From NCBI GenBank assembly GCA_043754435.1, contig JAYUUS010000067.1, positions 1 to 54,275 of the forward strand: a stretch of DNA of 54,275 nucleotides, read 5' to 3'. Shown one piece after another: positions 10,422-18,518 of the stretch. The DNA is from Rhodanobacteraceae bacterium (GTDB lineage Bacteria; Pseudomonadota; Gammaproteobacteria; Xanthomonadales; SZUA-5). The notes below the pieces were generated by a model. The model saw only the letters and a program-made list of their open reading frames with translations, was not told the origin of the DNA and searched no databases. Positions within the stretch are counted from its first letter, which is position 1, and the number at the start of each line of letters is the position of its first letter. A program made the translations under genes and the position numbers.

Positions 10422-10597
10422 AGATTTCCTTGTAATTCATCAAACCGTGAATGCTAACGCTTTGCAGCGCGGTTCGCGCTTATATAGTGCTGTATCTGTC
10501 CGCTTTAGCTGGCGATGCAATGAGTCACATTGGGGCTACGGAACTTCCGACAAAACTTTCAGTCAAGACGGATCTGACCACTCACAACAGGCGCGCT

Positions 10598-11380
10598 GTG
10601 CGAACTTTACAACCTTTGGCTTATTTAATTGCGGCGGCGCTTGTAGTCAATTCTTGGCACAGTGCTGCGAACGCCGTGCCGAGCGTCAGTAGTTCTGAAA
10701 TTCAGGCCAGCCCTGGCATTCAAGCCGCTGTTACCGGGCTTAATCCTCAACTCAAAATAACGAGCATCAAGAACTCCGCGATTCCGGGCGTGAAAGAGGT
10801 CATTGTTGGTTCGGACGTGCTTTATTTTAGTAGCGACGGTAAACATTTGATTCAAGGCACGATGTTTGAAACCAAAACTCGGCGCAACCTTACTGATGAT
10901 GCCCTTGCAGGGCTGCGATTGACCGCGTTGAAAAGCTTGAGTGCCAAAGACATGATTGTTTTTCCCGCCAAGAGTAAGCGGCTGTATTCGATCAAAGTGG
11001 TTTCCGATATCGATTGCGGCGTTTGCCGAAAGCTGCATTCTGAGATTGCGCAGTTCTCGGACGCGGGCATTGAAGTGCAATACATCATTATGCCGCGCAA
11101 TGGTTTGGGCGACGATTCTGCGCGCAAAGCCGTTGCGGTGTATTGCGCGGCAAACCCGCAAAAAGCACTCACGCAAGCAAAAAGCGGCATCGACCCAGGC
11201 AATGCCAGTTGCCCAAATCCGGTGGCGAAAAATTTCGCGCTTAGCGCCGCTTTGGGAATTCATGCTACGCCCACTTTAGTGTTTGACGATGGTGGCATTT
11301 CGCCCGGCTATATGCCGGTGCCAGCGCTTATTGCCGAACTGAATCGCCGTGCTGGGCTGAACGTTAAGAAAGCGCTGTGA
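10598..11380 (+). CDS. DsbC-family thiol:disulfide isomerase, divergent paralog (CGVC)
   Basis: DIDCGVCRKLH and ATP cis-Pro loop. GTG 10598 gives a signal peptide; ATG 10520 is an alternative start. Confidence 0.85.
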   Translation: MRTLQPLAYLIAAALVVNSWHSAANAVPSVSSSEIQASPGIQAAVTGLNPQLKITSIKNSAIPGVKEVIVGSDVLYFSSDGKHLIQGTMFETKTRRNLTDDALAGLRLTALKSLSAKDMIVFPAKSKRLYSIKVVSDIDCGVCRKLHSEIAQFSDAGIEVQYIIMPRNGLGDDSARKAVAVYCAANPQKALTQAKSGIDPGNASCPNPVAKNFALSAALGIHATPTLVFDDGGISPGYMPVPALIAELNRRAGLNVKKAL

Positions 11381-11461
11381 TAGACGCTCGCCCTTCACCT
11401 ACTCGCGAAGTACACTTCAAACAAAATACCGTACTTTAAAACTATTAACTTTGGAAAAATT

Positions 11462-12190
11462 ATGCGCTTCTCGACCTCAATTCTTGCCACCGCCATTTTA
11501 GCTGTAACTTCCTTCGCGCAAGCGGACGAGGCCCAAGTGCGTGCGGCTATTAAAGTTTTAAATCCTTCTGCTGTGGTCGATTCGGTCAAAGCGACGCCGG
11601 TCAAGGGCTGGATGGAAGCAACTTTAGGTGGGCAAATTATCTATTTCAGCGAAGACGGCAAATATCTGCTGCAGGGTGCGCTAGTAGAAACCGCGACGCG
11701 ACGCAATTTGACGGAAGAATCACAGTCCGTGGTGCGCATTGCGGAGTTAGCAAAAATTCAAAAGAAAGACATGATTATTTTTCCTGCCAATGGCGTGACC
11801 AAGCATGTGGTCAAAGTTTTCACCGACATTGATTGTGGGTACTGCCGCAAATTGCACTCAGAAATTAAGCAATACAGTGACTTAGGGATTGAAGTGCAAT
11901 ATTTATGGTTTCCACGCGCCGGGGTTCCAAGTGAATCCTCACGCAAGGCGGTCGCGGTTTTTTGCGCAAAAGACCAGCGTAAAGCACTGACCGACGCTAA
12001 AAATGGTGCTGATCCAGGCAATGCAACCTGCGTGAATCCTGTAGAAGCGGACTACAACATGGGCCAGCGTATGGGCGTTAATGGCACGCCTGCTTTGTTG
12101 TTGGAAGACGGCACCTTGATGCCGGGCTATATGCCAGCGGCACAGCTATTGGCCGAATTGGACAAGCACGCTGCAACAAAGAAGAAATAG
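11462..12190 (+). CDS. dsbC: Thiol:disulfide interchange protein DsbC
   Basis: Signal peptide (AQA), VFTDIDCGYCRKLH, FPRAG, GVNGTP, PGY. Confidence 0.93.
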   Translation: MRFSTSILATAILAVTSFAQADEAQVRAAIKVLNPSAVVDSVKATPVKGWMEATLGGQIIYFSEDGKYLLQGALVETATRRNLTEESQSVVRIAELAKIQKKDMIIFPANGVTKHVVKVFTDIDCGYCRKLHSEIKQYSDLGIEVQYLWFPRAGVPSESSRKAVAVFCAKDQRKALTDAKNGADPGNATCVNPVEADYNMGQRMGVNGTPALLLEDGTLMPGYMPAAQLLAELDKHAATKKK

Positions 12191-12205
12191 GTTAAGCCGC
12201 ACTCT

Positions 12206-12238
12206 AAAAAAACCCTAGCAAAATGCTGGGGTTTTTTT
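12206..12238. terminator. Bidirectional rho-independent terminator
   Basis: A7-CCCTAGCA-AAA-TGCTGGGG-T7 between convergent dsbC and btaB. Confidence 0.85.
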
Positions 12239-12272
12239 GACCCTCCTTCTTTTGCCCCTCTTTATCGCAGCG

Positions 12273-12890
12273 CTAACGCCCAATCCAAACCAAGTAGCGC
12301 CACAAGGCTAGCCCCGAATGTTGTTCATGCCGCTCAACGTGGCTAAATTTTTGCAAGCACGCGGCTAAGGTGCCGTCCATACGGACATGGTTAACCCCCA
12401 TCCAGCGGGCAAACCAGCGGGCGTGAGTGGTATCAAAATCAACAATCGCAAGTTTGCCGGTTGGGGTGAGTAGCCCACGCAGTTTTTGCAACAGCTCAGG
12501 AAGCTGGGAACCGGTCATTGATAGCATGTAGGAACACACAATCAAGTCGTACTGCAAGCTTGGCATCTGGGCAATGTCGGTGTTGCGCAAGCTGATGCGC
12601 GCACGCGCCGTCAGATCTAGTTTTTGTGCCAGATTTCGCCCCGCCTGCACCAACATCGCGGGTGATAAATCAACGCCCGTAATTTCCGCCTGTGGAAACG
12701 CGTGTGCTAAAGCGCAAAGGTTCTTACCTGTGCCGCAACCCAAATCGAGTATCTGTTTTGGCACCACGCCCGCGTATGATTGGCTGAGCAGCGTAATTAA
12801 GCGAGTGCGCCCAAACAAAAATGCCCAGCGGGTGGCGTCATAAATGGGCGCATGCAGCCGATAATAGCGTTTGAGCGCTTCGCTACTCAT
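12273..12890 (-). CDS. btaB: SAM-dependent methyltransferase, BtaB-like (betaine lipid DGTS synthesis)
   Basis: YRLHAPIYDATRWAFLFGR, LDLGCGTG, SYMLSM, IVDF; downstream of btaA. Confidence 0.8.
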   Translation of the reverse strand: MSSEALKRYYRLHAPIYDATRWAFLFGRTRLITLLSQSYAGVVPKQILDLGCGTGKNLCALAHAFPQAEITGVDLSPAMLVQAGRNLAQKLDLTARARISLRNTDIAQMPSLQYDLIVCSYMLSMTGSQLPELLQKLRGLLTPTGKLAIVDFDTTHARWFARWMGVNHVRMDGTLAACLQKFSHVERHEQHSGLALWRYLVWIGR

Positions 12891-12940
12891 AAAATTACCG
12901 CATCCAGGCTGTAATAACGTTTTAGCGCTTCGGTGCTCAT
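12887..12940 (-). CDS. 17-aa mini-ORF MSTEALKRYYSLDAVIL, a diverged duplicate of the btaB 5' end
   Basis: ATGA overlaps with both the btaA stop and the btaB start; 38/50 nt identical to the first 50 nt of btaB. Confidence 0.55.
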   Translation of the reverse strand: MSTEALKRYYSLDAVIL

Positions 12941-14130
12941 GCGAGCACCGCTGCGTTTGCAAAGTTTAGCGACTCGTGCGGACGCAGTTCGGCCAGCCAC
13001 GTACAGCCATAGGTTCCGACCCGATCTAATTCGTGCCAGTGATTCGCCAGGGGCTGATCTTGAACCAAATTCTTGGCGACGAATTCCGGCAGAAAATCGA
13101 CCGCAAGCCCCGCGCTGCGCAAAAGCACCTTGGCTTTCGGCGCGCTGCGTGCCAGGATGTAACGCCATTCACTGTTCAACGCCATCGGCAAATGTGCGGC
13201 CATCCAATCTTGATGATCCAACAAGACAAAGTGCGTAATCGAATCCGGATAGGCAATTAGAAACTCTTCAAAAGTGCCGGTATATATGCTGATTCGGTGC
13301 ACGCGTGCTTTCAAAATTTCAAAATGTTCTGCCTTGAGGTAATTTGGGCAGCAGTTTTCGCTATATTGCCCGGTCAAATACACGCGCCAAAAGTAGTTAC
13401 CGCGCAGATTGGTCTGGGTGAAGACATAGCGTAATTTTGCCCGCACATAGCTAGTGACGCCGCCAGGAAACTGGCGTTCGATTAAGTCCCGCTGCGCACG
13501 CGGCACACCGAGCAGGCTCAGCAGCATGGGCTGGCGCACCAGCCAGCGCAACATCGGGCCAAAGATTTTAGGCTCTATCGCTTCATAGCGCTGACACTGG
13601 ATCGCCAACGTTTCGCTATCGAGCAATTCCAACAGCGCCCGATGCAGTTTCGGCCGTAATATTTTTAAGCTACTGCCCACACCCCACGCCACATCGCCCG
13701 ATGCGCCCTGAAAATACAGGCTGCCGCGGCCGCCGGTCGTGCTGAAATAATGCGCGTTAGCATCCCAAAACAGCTGGGCGCTTGGGCTCAATTTCGGTCG
13801 CAGCTGCGCCATATACAGCGCGCGAAAATTTTTGTGCGCGCCAAGCCCGAACAGTTGAAAAAATTCCTCATGCTTGAGCTCAGAAATCGCCGCGATTTTA
13901 AGTTCAAGCAGGGCGTTTTGCCGACTATTAACGTCAATCGTGTGGATCGCTTGCGGGTCATCCAGCAAGTAATCCAGCGCGTTGCAGCCGGCGCTGGTGA
14001 TCATAGCAATCCTAGAATCTGGCCCGAGTTTAAGCATTTCACGATCTGCCGCTGGGTCTTCCCAACAGGTGTTGTAAATCAGCCGACTGCCGTGCGTCGC
14101 TTTAAAAATTCGATCGTAAATTCCCAACAT
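12937..14130 (-). CDS. btaA: BtaA-like SAM:diacylglycerol 3-amino-3-carboxypropyltransferase (DUF3419)
   Basis: LIYNTCWEDP, ITSAGCNALDY, NYFWRVYLTG, LLDHQDW, DRVGTYG. Confidence 0.88.
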   Translation of the reverse strand: MLGIYDRIFKATHGSRLIYNTCWEDPAADREMLKLGPDSRIAMITSAGCNALDYLLDDPQAIHTIDVNSRQNALLELKIAAISELKHEEFFQLFGLGAHKNFRALYMAQLRPKLSPSAQLFWDANAHYFSTTGGRGSLYFQGASGDVAWGVGSSLKILRPKLHRALLELLDSETLAIQCQRYEAIEPKIFGPMLRWLVRQPMLLSLLGVPRAQRDLIERQFPGGVTSYVRAKLRYVFTQTNLRGNYFWRVYLTGQYSENCCPNYLKAEHFEILKARVHRISIYTGTFEEFLIAYPDSITHFVLLDHQDWMAAHLPMALNSEWRYILARSAPKAKVLLRSAGLAVDFLPEFVAKNLVQDQPLANHWHELDRVGTYGCTWLAELRPHESLNFANAAVLA

Positions 14131-14179
14131 TTTGAACTCCGTTAAAGTCAATTCATTTTAATTAAAGAAAGAATTTAGG

Positions 14180-14734
14180 TTAAATAAGGCTCGTGTCGAT
14201 GAGCAGCCACACGCGCGCCAGCCAATACAGCCCTGAACCCATCAAAATTGCGGCTGCAACATCGCTTGGGTAATGCAAACCCAGCACCACGCGCGAGAGC
14301 GCGATGCATAGACTGAGCGGCACCAACAGCAACGCCAACCAAGGAAAGTAATGGCACGCCACCAACGAAAATGCGATGGCGTGCAGCGTGTGGCCGGATG
14401 GAAAAGAAAACTCATCCAAGGGTGCGACCGTTAAGTGCAGCCCCGCACCCCGCATCAAGGGCCGTGGCCGCCTACTCAGACGCTTAACCAGTTTGTAAAG
14501 CGCAAGCGACACCACCCCAATTGCCGCCATATGCAGCGCCGCAACCGCTCCGCGCGCACCACCCAATGCAATCAGCAGCAGCATCAACAAATACCAAACC
14601 CAACCATCGCCGATGCGGCTGATAAAGCCAAAAAATGGCACCCAGCGCGTGCCGTGCGCGCGTCGGTTTGCGCGTTCGCACCAATGCCATTCGTGCGCTG
14701 CGAACGCTTTAAACACGTTTATATTCAGGTGCAT
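14180..14734 (-). CDS. PAP2-family membrane phosphatase
   Basis: KRLSRRPRP, SFPSGH and SRVVLGLHYPSDV (C1-C3 motifs); hydrophobic. Confidence 0.9.
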   Translation of the reverse strand: MHLNINVFKAFAAHEWHWCERANRRAHGTRWVPFFGFISRIGDGWVWYLLMLLLIALGGARGAVAALHMAAIGVVSLALYKLVKRLSRRPRPLMRGAGLHLTVAPLDEFSFPSGHTLHAIAFSLVACHYFPWLALLLVPLSLCIALSRVVLGLHYPSDVAAAILMGSGLYWLARVWLLIDTSLI

Positions 14735-15950
14735 CGTGTGCTCCTTGAGCGTGACGATCAGTGATGCGACAAATAGGAGTCTGGGCTTCGGCCGTTTTAA
14801 CGTCGCAACCGGTGCTGAGCTCTCGCAATAGCTCGACCAGTGCGCCCGCAACGTGACTGGGGCTCAAGTGCGCCACGCTAAAGTGCGCCGCTTCCCGCAT
14901 ACGTAACGGGCTATCTTGCATCGTTTGCGCCAACAGCAGGGCTTGTGCGATGAAGCCTGGCTCGTCACCAAATCGCGCAAGCTGACCATTACGGCCTGTG
15001 ACCACAAATTCTTCCGCAGCGCCGTAGTCAAATGCACATACCGGCAGCCCGCTAGCCAAGGCTTCCAGCGTGACGTTGCCAAAAGTTTCGCTCAGGCTCG
15101 GAAACAGGAATAAATCCGCACTGGCATAGGCTGCTGAAAGCCCGTCGCCGCGCAGCATGCCCAGAAAAACGTGTCTTGCATCTGATGCTAGCGTTGCGCG
15201 CAGCGCACCAGATGCTGGGCCATCGCCTACCCAAATCATGCGCGCCTGCGGGTGTATTTCTGCAATTGCGTTGAACGCGCGGATTGCAAGCGGCAAGTTT
15301 TTTTCCGATGCAATACGGCCTACGAATAAAATGGCTGGTGCATTGGCGTGCTCGCAGCCCCAGGCAGCACGCACCGATTCGCTGCGGCAAAGTGGCGAGA
15401 AAGCCGTAGTATCGACCGCCCTTTCAAGCCGCTCAACGCGTCGGAAGCCCTTCGCATCGAGGAACTTCTTCAGGCTCGTTGTCGGCACCAATGTTGCTAA
15501 TGCACGGTTGTGGAAAGCGCGCATGAAGGCAAATGCGGCTCGGCGCAAAAAACTTAAGCTATAGTGATCCATAAAATCGTCAAAGCGCGTGTGCAAACCG
15601 GTTATCACCGGAATACCAAGCTGCTTTGCCGCCGATACCGCCGACCAGCCCAAAGGGCCTTCAGTGGCGACATAAACACCTTCGGGACGGACTTTTTGCC
15701 AATGCTTCAATAATCGGCGCTTCGCTGGCAGGCCAAAGCGCAGGCCGACATAGAAGGGTAATTGCGCGCCCGGCACTAGGTGTTCAACCACTAAGCGCTC
15801 AGGTGCTTTTTGCGAATCCCCAGGCTGTGTTGGGCGCACCACTTCCACATGGTGGCCCAGTTTTCGGCAATGCTGTACTAATGACAGCACAGTCAGCGCC
15901 ACACCGTTGATTTCCGGCGGGTAGGTCTCGGTGACGAAAGTAATTTTCAT
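14709..15950 (-). CDS. GT4-family glycosyltransferase, probable glycolipid synthase
   Basis: VTETYPPEINGVA, ATEGPLG, FVGRIASEKN, FPSLSETFGNVTLEALASG. Confidence 0.9.
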   Translation of the reverse strand: MKITFVTETYPPEINGVALTVLSLVQHCRKLGHHVEVVRPTQPGDSQKAPERLVVEHLVPGAQLPFYVGLRFGLPAKRRLLKHWQKVRPEGVYVATEGPLGWSAVSAAKQLGIPVITGLHTRFDDFMDHYSLSFLRRAAFAFMRAFHNRALATLVPTTSLKKFLDAKGFRRVERLERAVDTTAFSPLCRSESVRAAWGCEHANAPAILFVGRIASEKNLPLAIRAFNAIAEIHPQARMIWVGDGPASGALRATLASDARHVFLGMLRGDGLSAAYASADLFLFPSLSETFGNVTLEALASGLPVCAFDYGAAEEFVVTGRNGQLARFGDEPGFIAQALLLAQTMQDSPLRMREAAHFSVAHLSPSHVAGALVELLRELSTGCDVKTAEAQTPICRITDRHAQGAHDAPEYKRV

Positions 15951-16018
15951 GTGCGTCCAGCTGGCCTTTCTTTAGACCTTAAGGTTGCGCACTAAGATGA
16001 TGCTGGTTAGTCAAAAAA

Positions 16019-16036
16019 GTGACAGTTTGGTGATTC
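16019..16036 (-). promoter_or_regulatory. Candidate Pho box (PhoB site)
   Basis: Minus strand reads GAATCAC-CAAA-CTGTCAC (7-4-7, one consensus half-site), about 70 bp upstream of the P-free lipid operon. Confidence 0.55.
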
Positions 16037-16090
16037 TCAACAAGCCAATTCGCCAAATAGTTGGTATGCACAACCAACTAATTCGCACAG

Positions 16091-16124
16091 GGACACTGAA
16101 AACACCGTGTCCGCAGCCTGTCCG
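16091..16124. promoter_or_regulatory. Candidate enhancer (UAS) for the sigma-54 activator
   Basis: GGACAC-N10-GTGTCC inverted repeat plus a TGTCCG direct repeat at 11-bp spacing, 70-100 bp upstream of the -24 box. Confidence 0.4.
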
Positions 16125-16194
16125 TACACTAGAGCGTTTCCATTAAAAAGGCAAAATAGTAAGTAAAATCATATAGATAGAAATCTCCACAGAT

Positions 16195-16210
16195 TGGCAC
16201 GCAGATTGCA
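16195..16210 (+). promoter_or_regulatory. Sigma-54 (-24/-12) promoter
   Basis: TGGCAC-GCAGA-TTGCA matches the TGGCAC-N5-TTGCW consensus; the operon encodes a sigma-54 activator. Confidence 0.88.
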
Positions 16211-16241
16211 TAACAACACTAATCTTCGAGAACTAAGCGCC

Positions 16242-17558
16242 ATGCCCGATTCCTTGCCCCATAAAAACCCAGCGTTCGGAAACGTTTCTGCGTTCCGCAA
16301 CACCGAGGCCCAAGATGCAGTGCTTTTACCCAGCACCGCTAAACTTAGGCACTGGCGCAAAGTTGTGATCGCGGTAGTTGTGGTTGGTCTTTTAGCATTT
16401 ATGGCGAAACCGGTGCTGCGCTATTTGGCTGGCAACTCAGTACGCGCGTCGGCACTGCAATTTAGTAGCGTTACGCGCGGTGATTTAGTGCGCGAAGCGA
16501 CCGGTTTCGGCCGGGTGGTAGCGGCTCGCAGCCCGAGTCTTTTTGCCGCTAGCGCAGGCGTAGTGCATTTCGTTGCCGAAGCCGGCACCTTGGTTGCAGC
16601 CGGTGCCGTATTAGCTGAGATTGAAAGCCCCGAGCTGATGGCGAAATTGGCACAAGAACAGTCGAGCTTGCTCGCTTTTAAATCCGACGCGGCGCGCCTT
16701 GGAATTACCAACCAGCGCGCGGCCTTGGCAAAAGCGCGTGAGCTAGACACCGCGCGAATTGCCCAAGTCGCAGCCAAGCGGGAATGGCAGCGCGCCGAAC
16801 GCGCATTTACGGTGCATGCGGTTAGTCAAGTCGATCATCTGCGGGCAAAAGATGCGCTGGATGCGGCGGAAATTTTGCTGCAAGCAGCCGAAAGCGATCT
16901 CAGTTTGGAACGTCAAGCAATGCGTTTAGAGCTGGAAAATCGTAATGCTTTGGTGGCGCGTCAGGCGTCCGCTGTAACCGAGCTAGAGCGTCAAGTTGCG
17001 GCTTTGAAAATTACCGCACCTTTCGCCGGTGTCGTCGGGCAACTCAACGTTAGCGACCGCACTAATGTCGCTGCGAATACCGCGCTGCTGAGTTTGGTCG
17101 ACTTGGCGCAGCTAGAGCTTGAGGTTTCGGTGCCAGAAATCTATTCCGCCGATTTGAGCATTGGCTTGCATGCCGACGTGGAACTGGGTGCCGTGCGCTT
17201 ACCTGCTGTGGTGCGCTTGGTATCACCGGAAATCAAAGACGGCGCTTTAGCGGTGCGGGTGCGATTTTCTGGCAATCCACCGACTGACCTGCGACAAAAC
17301 CAACGCTTAAATGTGCGTATCAAATTTGATGAGCGCAAAAATGTCGTCTTGGTGGATCGCGGCGGCTTTTTAGATGCCGAAGGTGGACGTTTTGCCTGGA
17401 AGCGCATCGACGATCAGCTGGTACGTGTAGCGATTACCACGGGCAGTTTTTCCACCGACAAAATTGAAATAAAAAGTGGCTTAAATGTCGGCGATGTCGT
17501 CGTGGTTTCGACCTTGCCCACGAAAGTTACCGGGGATCAGGTGAATTTGCTTGAGTAA
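16242..17558 (+). CDS. Periplasmic adaptor (membrane fusion protein, MacA/HlyD family)
   Basis: N-terminal TM segment, lipoyl-like halves, long coiled coil, ITAPFAGVV. ATG 16242 lies downstream of the sigma-54 promoter. Confidence 0.88.
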   Translation: MPDSLPHKNPAFGNVSAFRNTEAQDAVLLPSTAKLRHWRKVVIAVVVVGLLAFMAKPVLRYLAGNSVRASALQFSSVTRGDLVREATGFGRVVAARSPSLFAASAGVVHFVAEAGTLVAAGAVLAEIESPELMAKLAQEQSSLLAFKSDAARLGITNQRAALAKARELDTARIAQVAAKREWQRAERAFTVHAVSQVDHLRAKDALDAAEILLQAAESDLSLERQAMRLELENRNALVARQASAVTELERQVAALKITAPFAGVVGQLNVSDRTNVAANTALLSLVDLAQLELEVSVPEIYSADLSIGLHADVELGAVRLPAVVRLVSPEIKDGALAVRVRFSGNPPTDLRQNQRLNVRIKFDERKNVVLVDRGGFLDAEGGRFAWKRIDDQLVRVAITTGSFSTDKIEIKSGLNVGDVVVVSTLPTKVTGDQVNLLE

Positions 17559-17637
17559 TTGCGCACATAAACCTAACTAAAAACCTTTACTTAAGCAAAA
17601 ACGTAGCGCATCAAAATAATGTGAATTCGAGTACTGC

Positions 17638-17742
17638 TCGTCATTGCGAGCGTAGCGAAGCAATCTCGTCGTTGGGCTTTTTGCGCCAATTGTCTGGCGC
17701 GACTGTAATCAAGAGATTGCTTCACTTCGTTCGCAATGACGA
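17638..17742. repeat. REP/RPE-like palindromic element (GTCATTGCGAG type)
   Basis: Arms TCGTCATTGCGAGCGTAGCGAAGCAATCTC and GAGATTGCTTCACTTCGTTCGCAATGACGA form an imperfect hairpin of about 30 bp; related copy at 49675-49767. Confidence 0.85.
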
Positions 17743-17784
17743 AGGATCGAAAGCCAGCCCACAATAATTAACTAGGAACCTAAT

Positions 17785-18483
17785 ATGCTAAAAATGACCA
17801 ATATCAAAAAATACTATCGTACCGCTTTGGTGGAAACCCACGCGCTGCGCAACTTCAATTTGCACGTAAAGTCAGGCGAATTTCTGGCGGTCACCGGGCC
17901 GTCTGGTTCTGGCAAAACCACTTTCCTCAATCTAGCGGGATTGTTGGAAGAGCCGAGCGAAGGCAGCTACGAATTAGACGGCGTTGCGGTTGACAAAATG
18001 AATGACGACGCGCGTTCGCGCATCCGCAATGAAAAATTGGGTTTCATCTTCCAAAGCTTTAATCTGATTCCGGATTTAAATTTGTTCGACAACGTTGATG
18101 TGCCACTGCGCTATCGCCGCATGCCAAGAGCGGAGCGTAAGCAACGCATCGAGCAAGCGTTGGAGCGCGTGGGCTTAAGTTCGCGTATGAAGCACTATCC
18201 GGCCGAGCTTTCCGGTGGTCAACAGCAGCGCGCGGCGATTGCCAGGGCACTGGCAGGCTCCCCGAAACTGCTGCTGGCGGACGAGCCCACGGGCAATTTA
18301 GATTCCGCAATGGCGCGCGCCACGATGACTTTACTGGAAGAAATTAACGCCGCTGGCACCACCATCATTATGGTCACCCACGATCCAGAACTCGCGCGCC
18401 GAGCGCATCGCAATGTGCACGTTGTAGACGGCGAATTGGTGGATTTAAATCGCGTTGAATCGTTAATGCGCGAAGCCGCCTAA
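17785..18483 (+). CDS. ABC transporter ATP-binding protein (MacB/LolD type)
   Basis: GPSGSGKT, LSGGQQQR, LLADEPTGNLD, VTHD. Confidence 0.95.
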   Translation: MLKMTNIKKYYRTALVETHALRNFNLHVKSGEFLAVTGPSGSGKTTFLNLAGLLEEPSEGSYELDGVAVDKMNDDARSRIRNEKLGFIFQSFNLIPDLNLFDNVDVPLRYRRMPRAERKQRIEQALERVGLSSRMKHYPAELSGGQQQRAAIARALAGSPKLLLADEPTGNLDSAMARATMTLLEEINAAGTTIIMVTHDPELARRAHRNVHVVDGELVDLNRVESLMREAA

Positions 18484-18518
18484 GACGCTTTGTAAGCCAC
18501 AAATTACGGAGCTTTATC

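Noticed and set aside
12891-12962. N-terminal extension of btaB given by the ORF track (229 aa)
   Set aside because: It overlaps btaA and the duplicated mini-ORF; the ATG at 12890 matches the duplicated start and the ATGA coupling.
16194-16241. ORF-track TTG start of the adaptor gene
   Set aside because: It lies within the sigma-54 -24 box, so it cannot be on that transcript; ATG 16242 is preferred.
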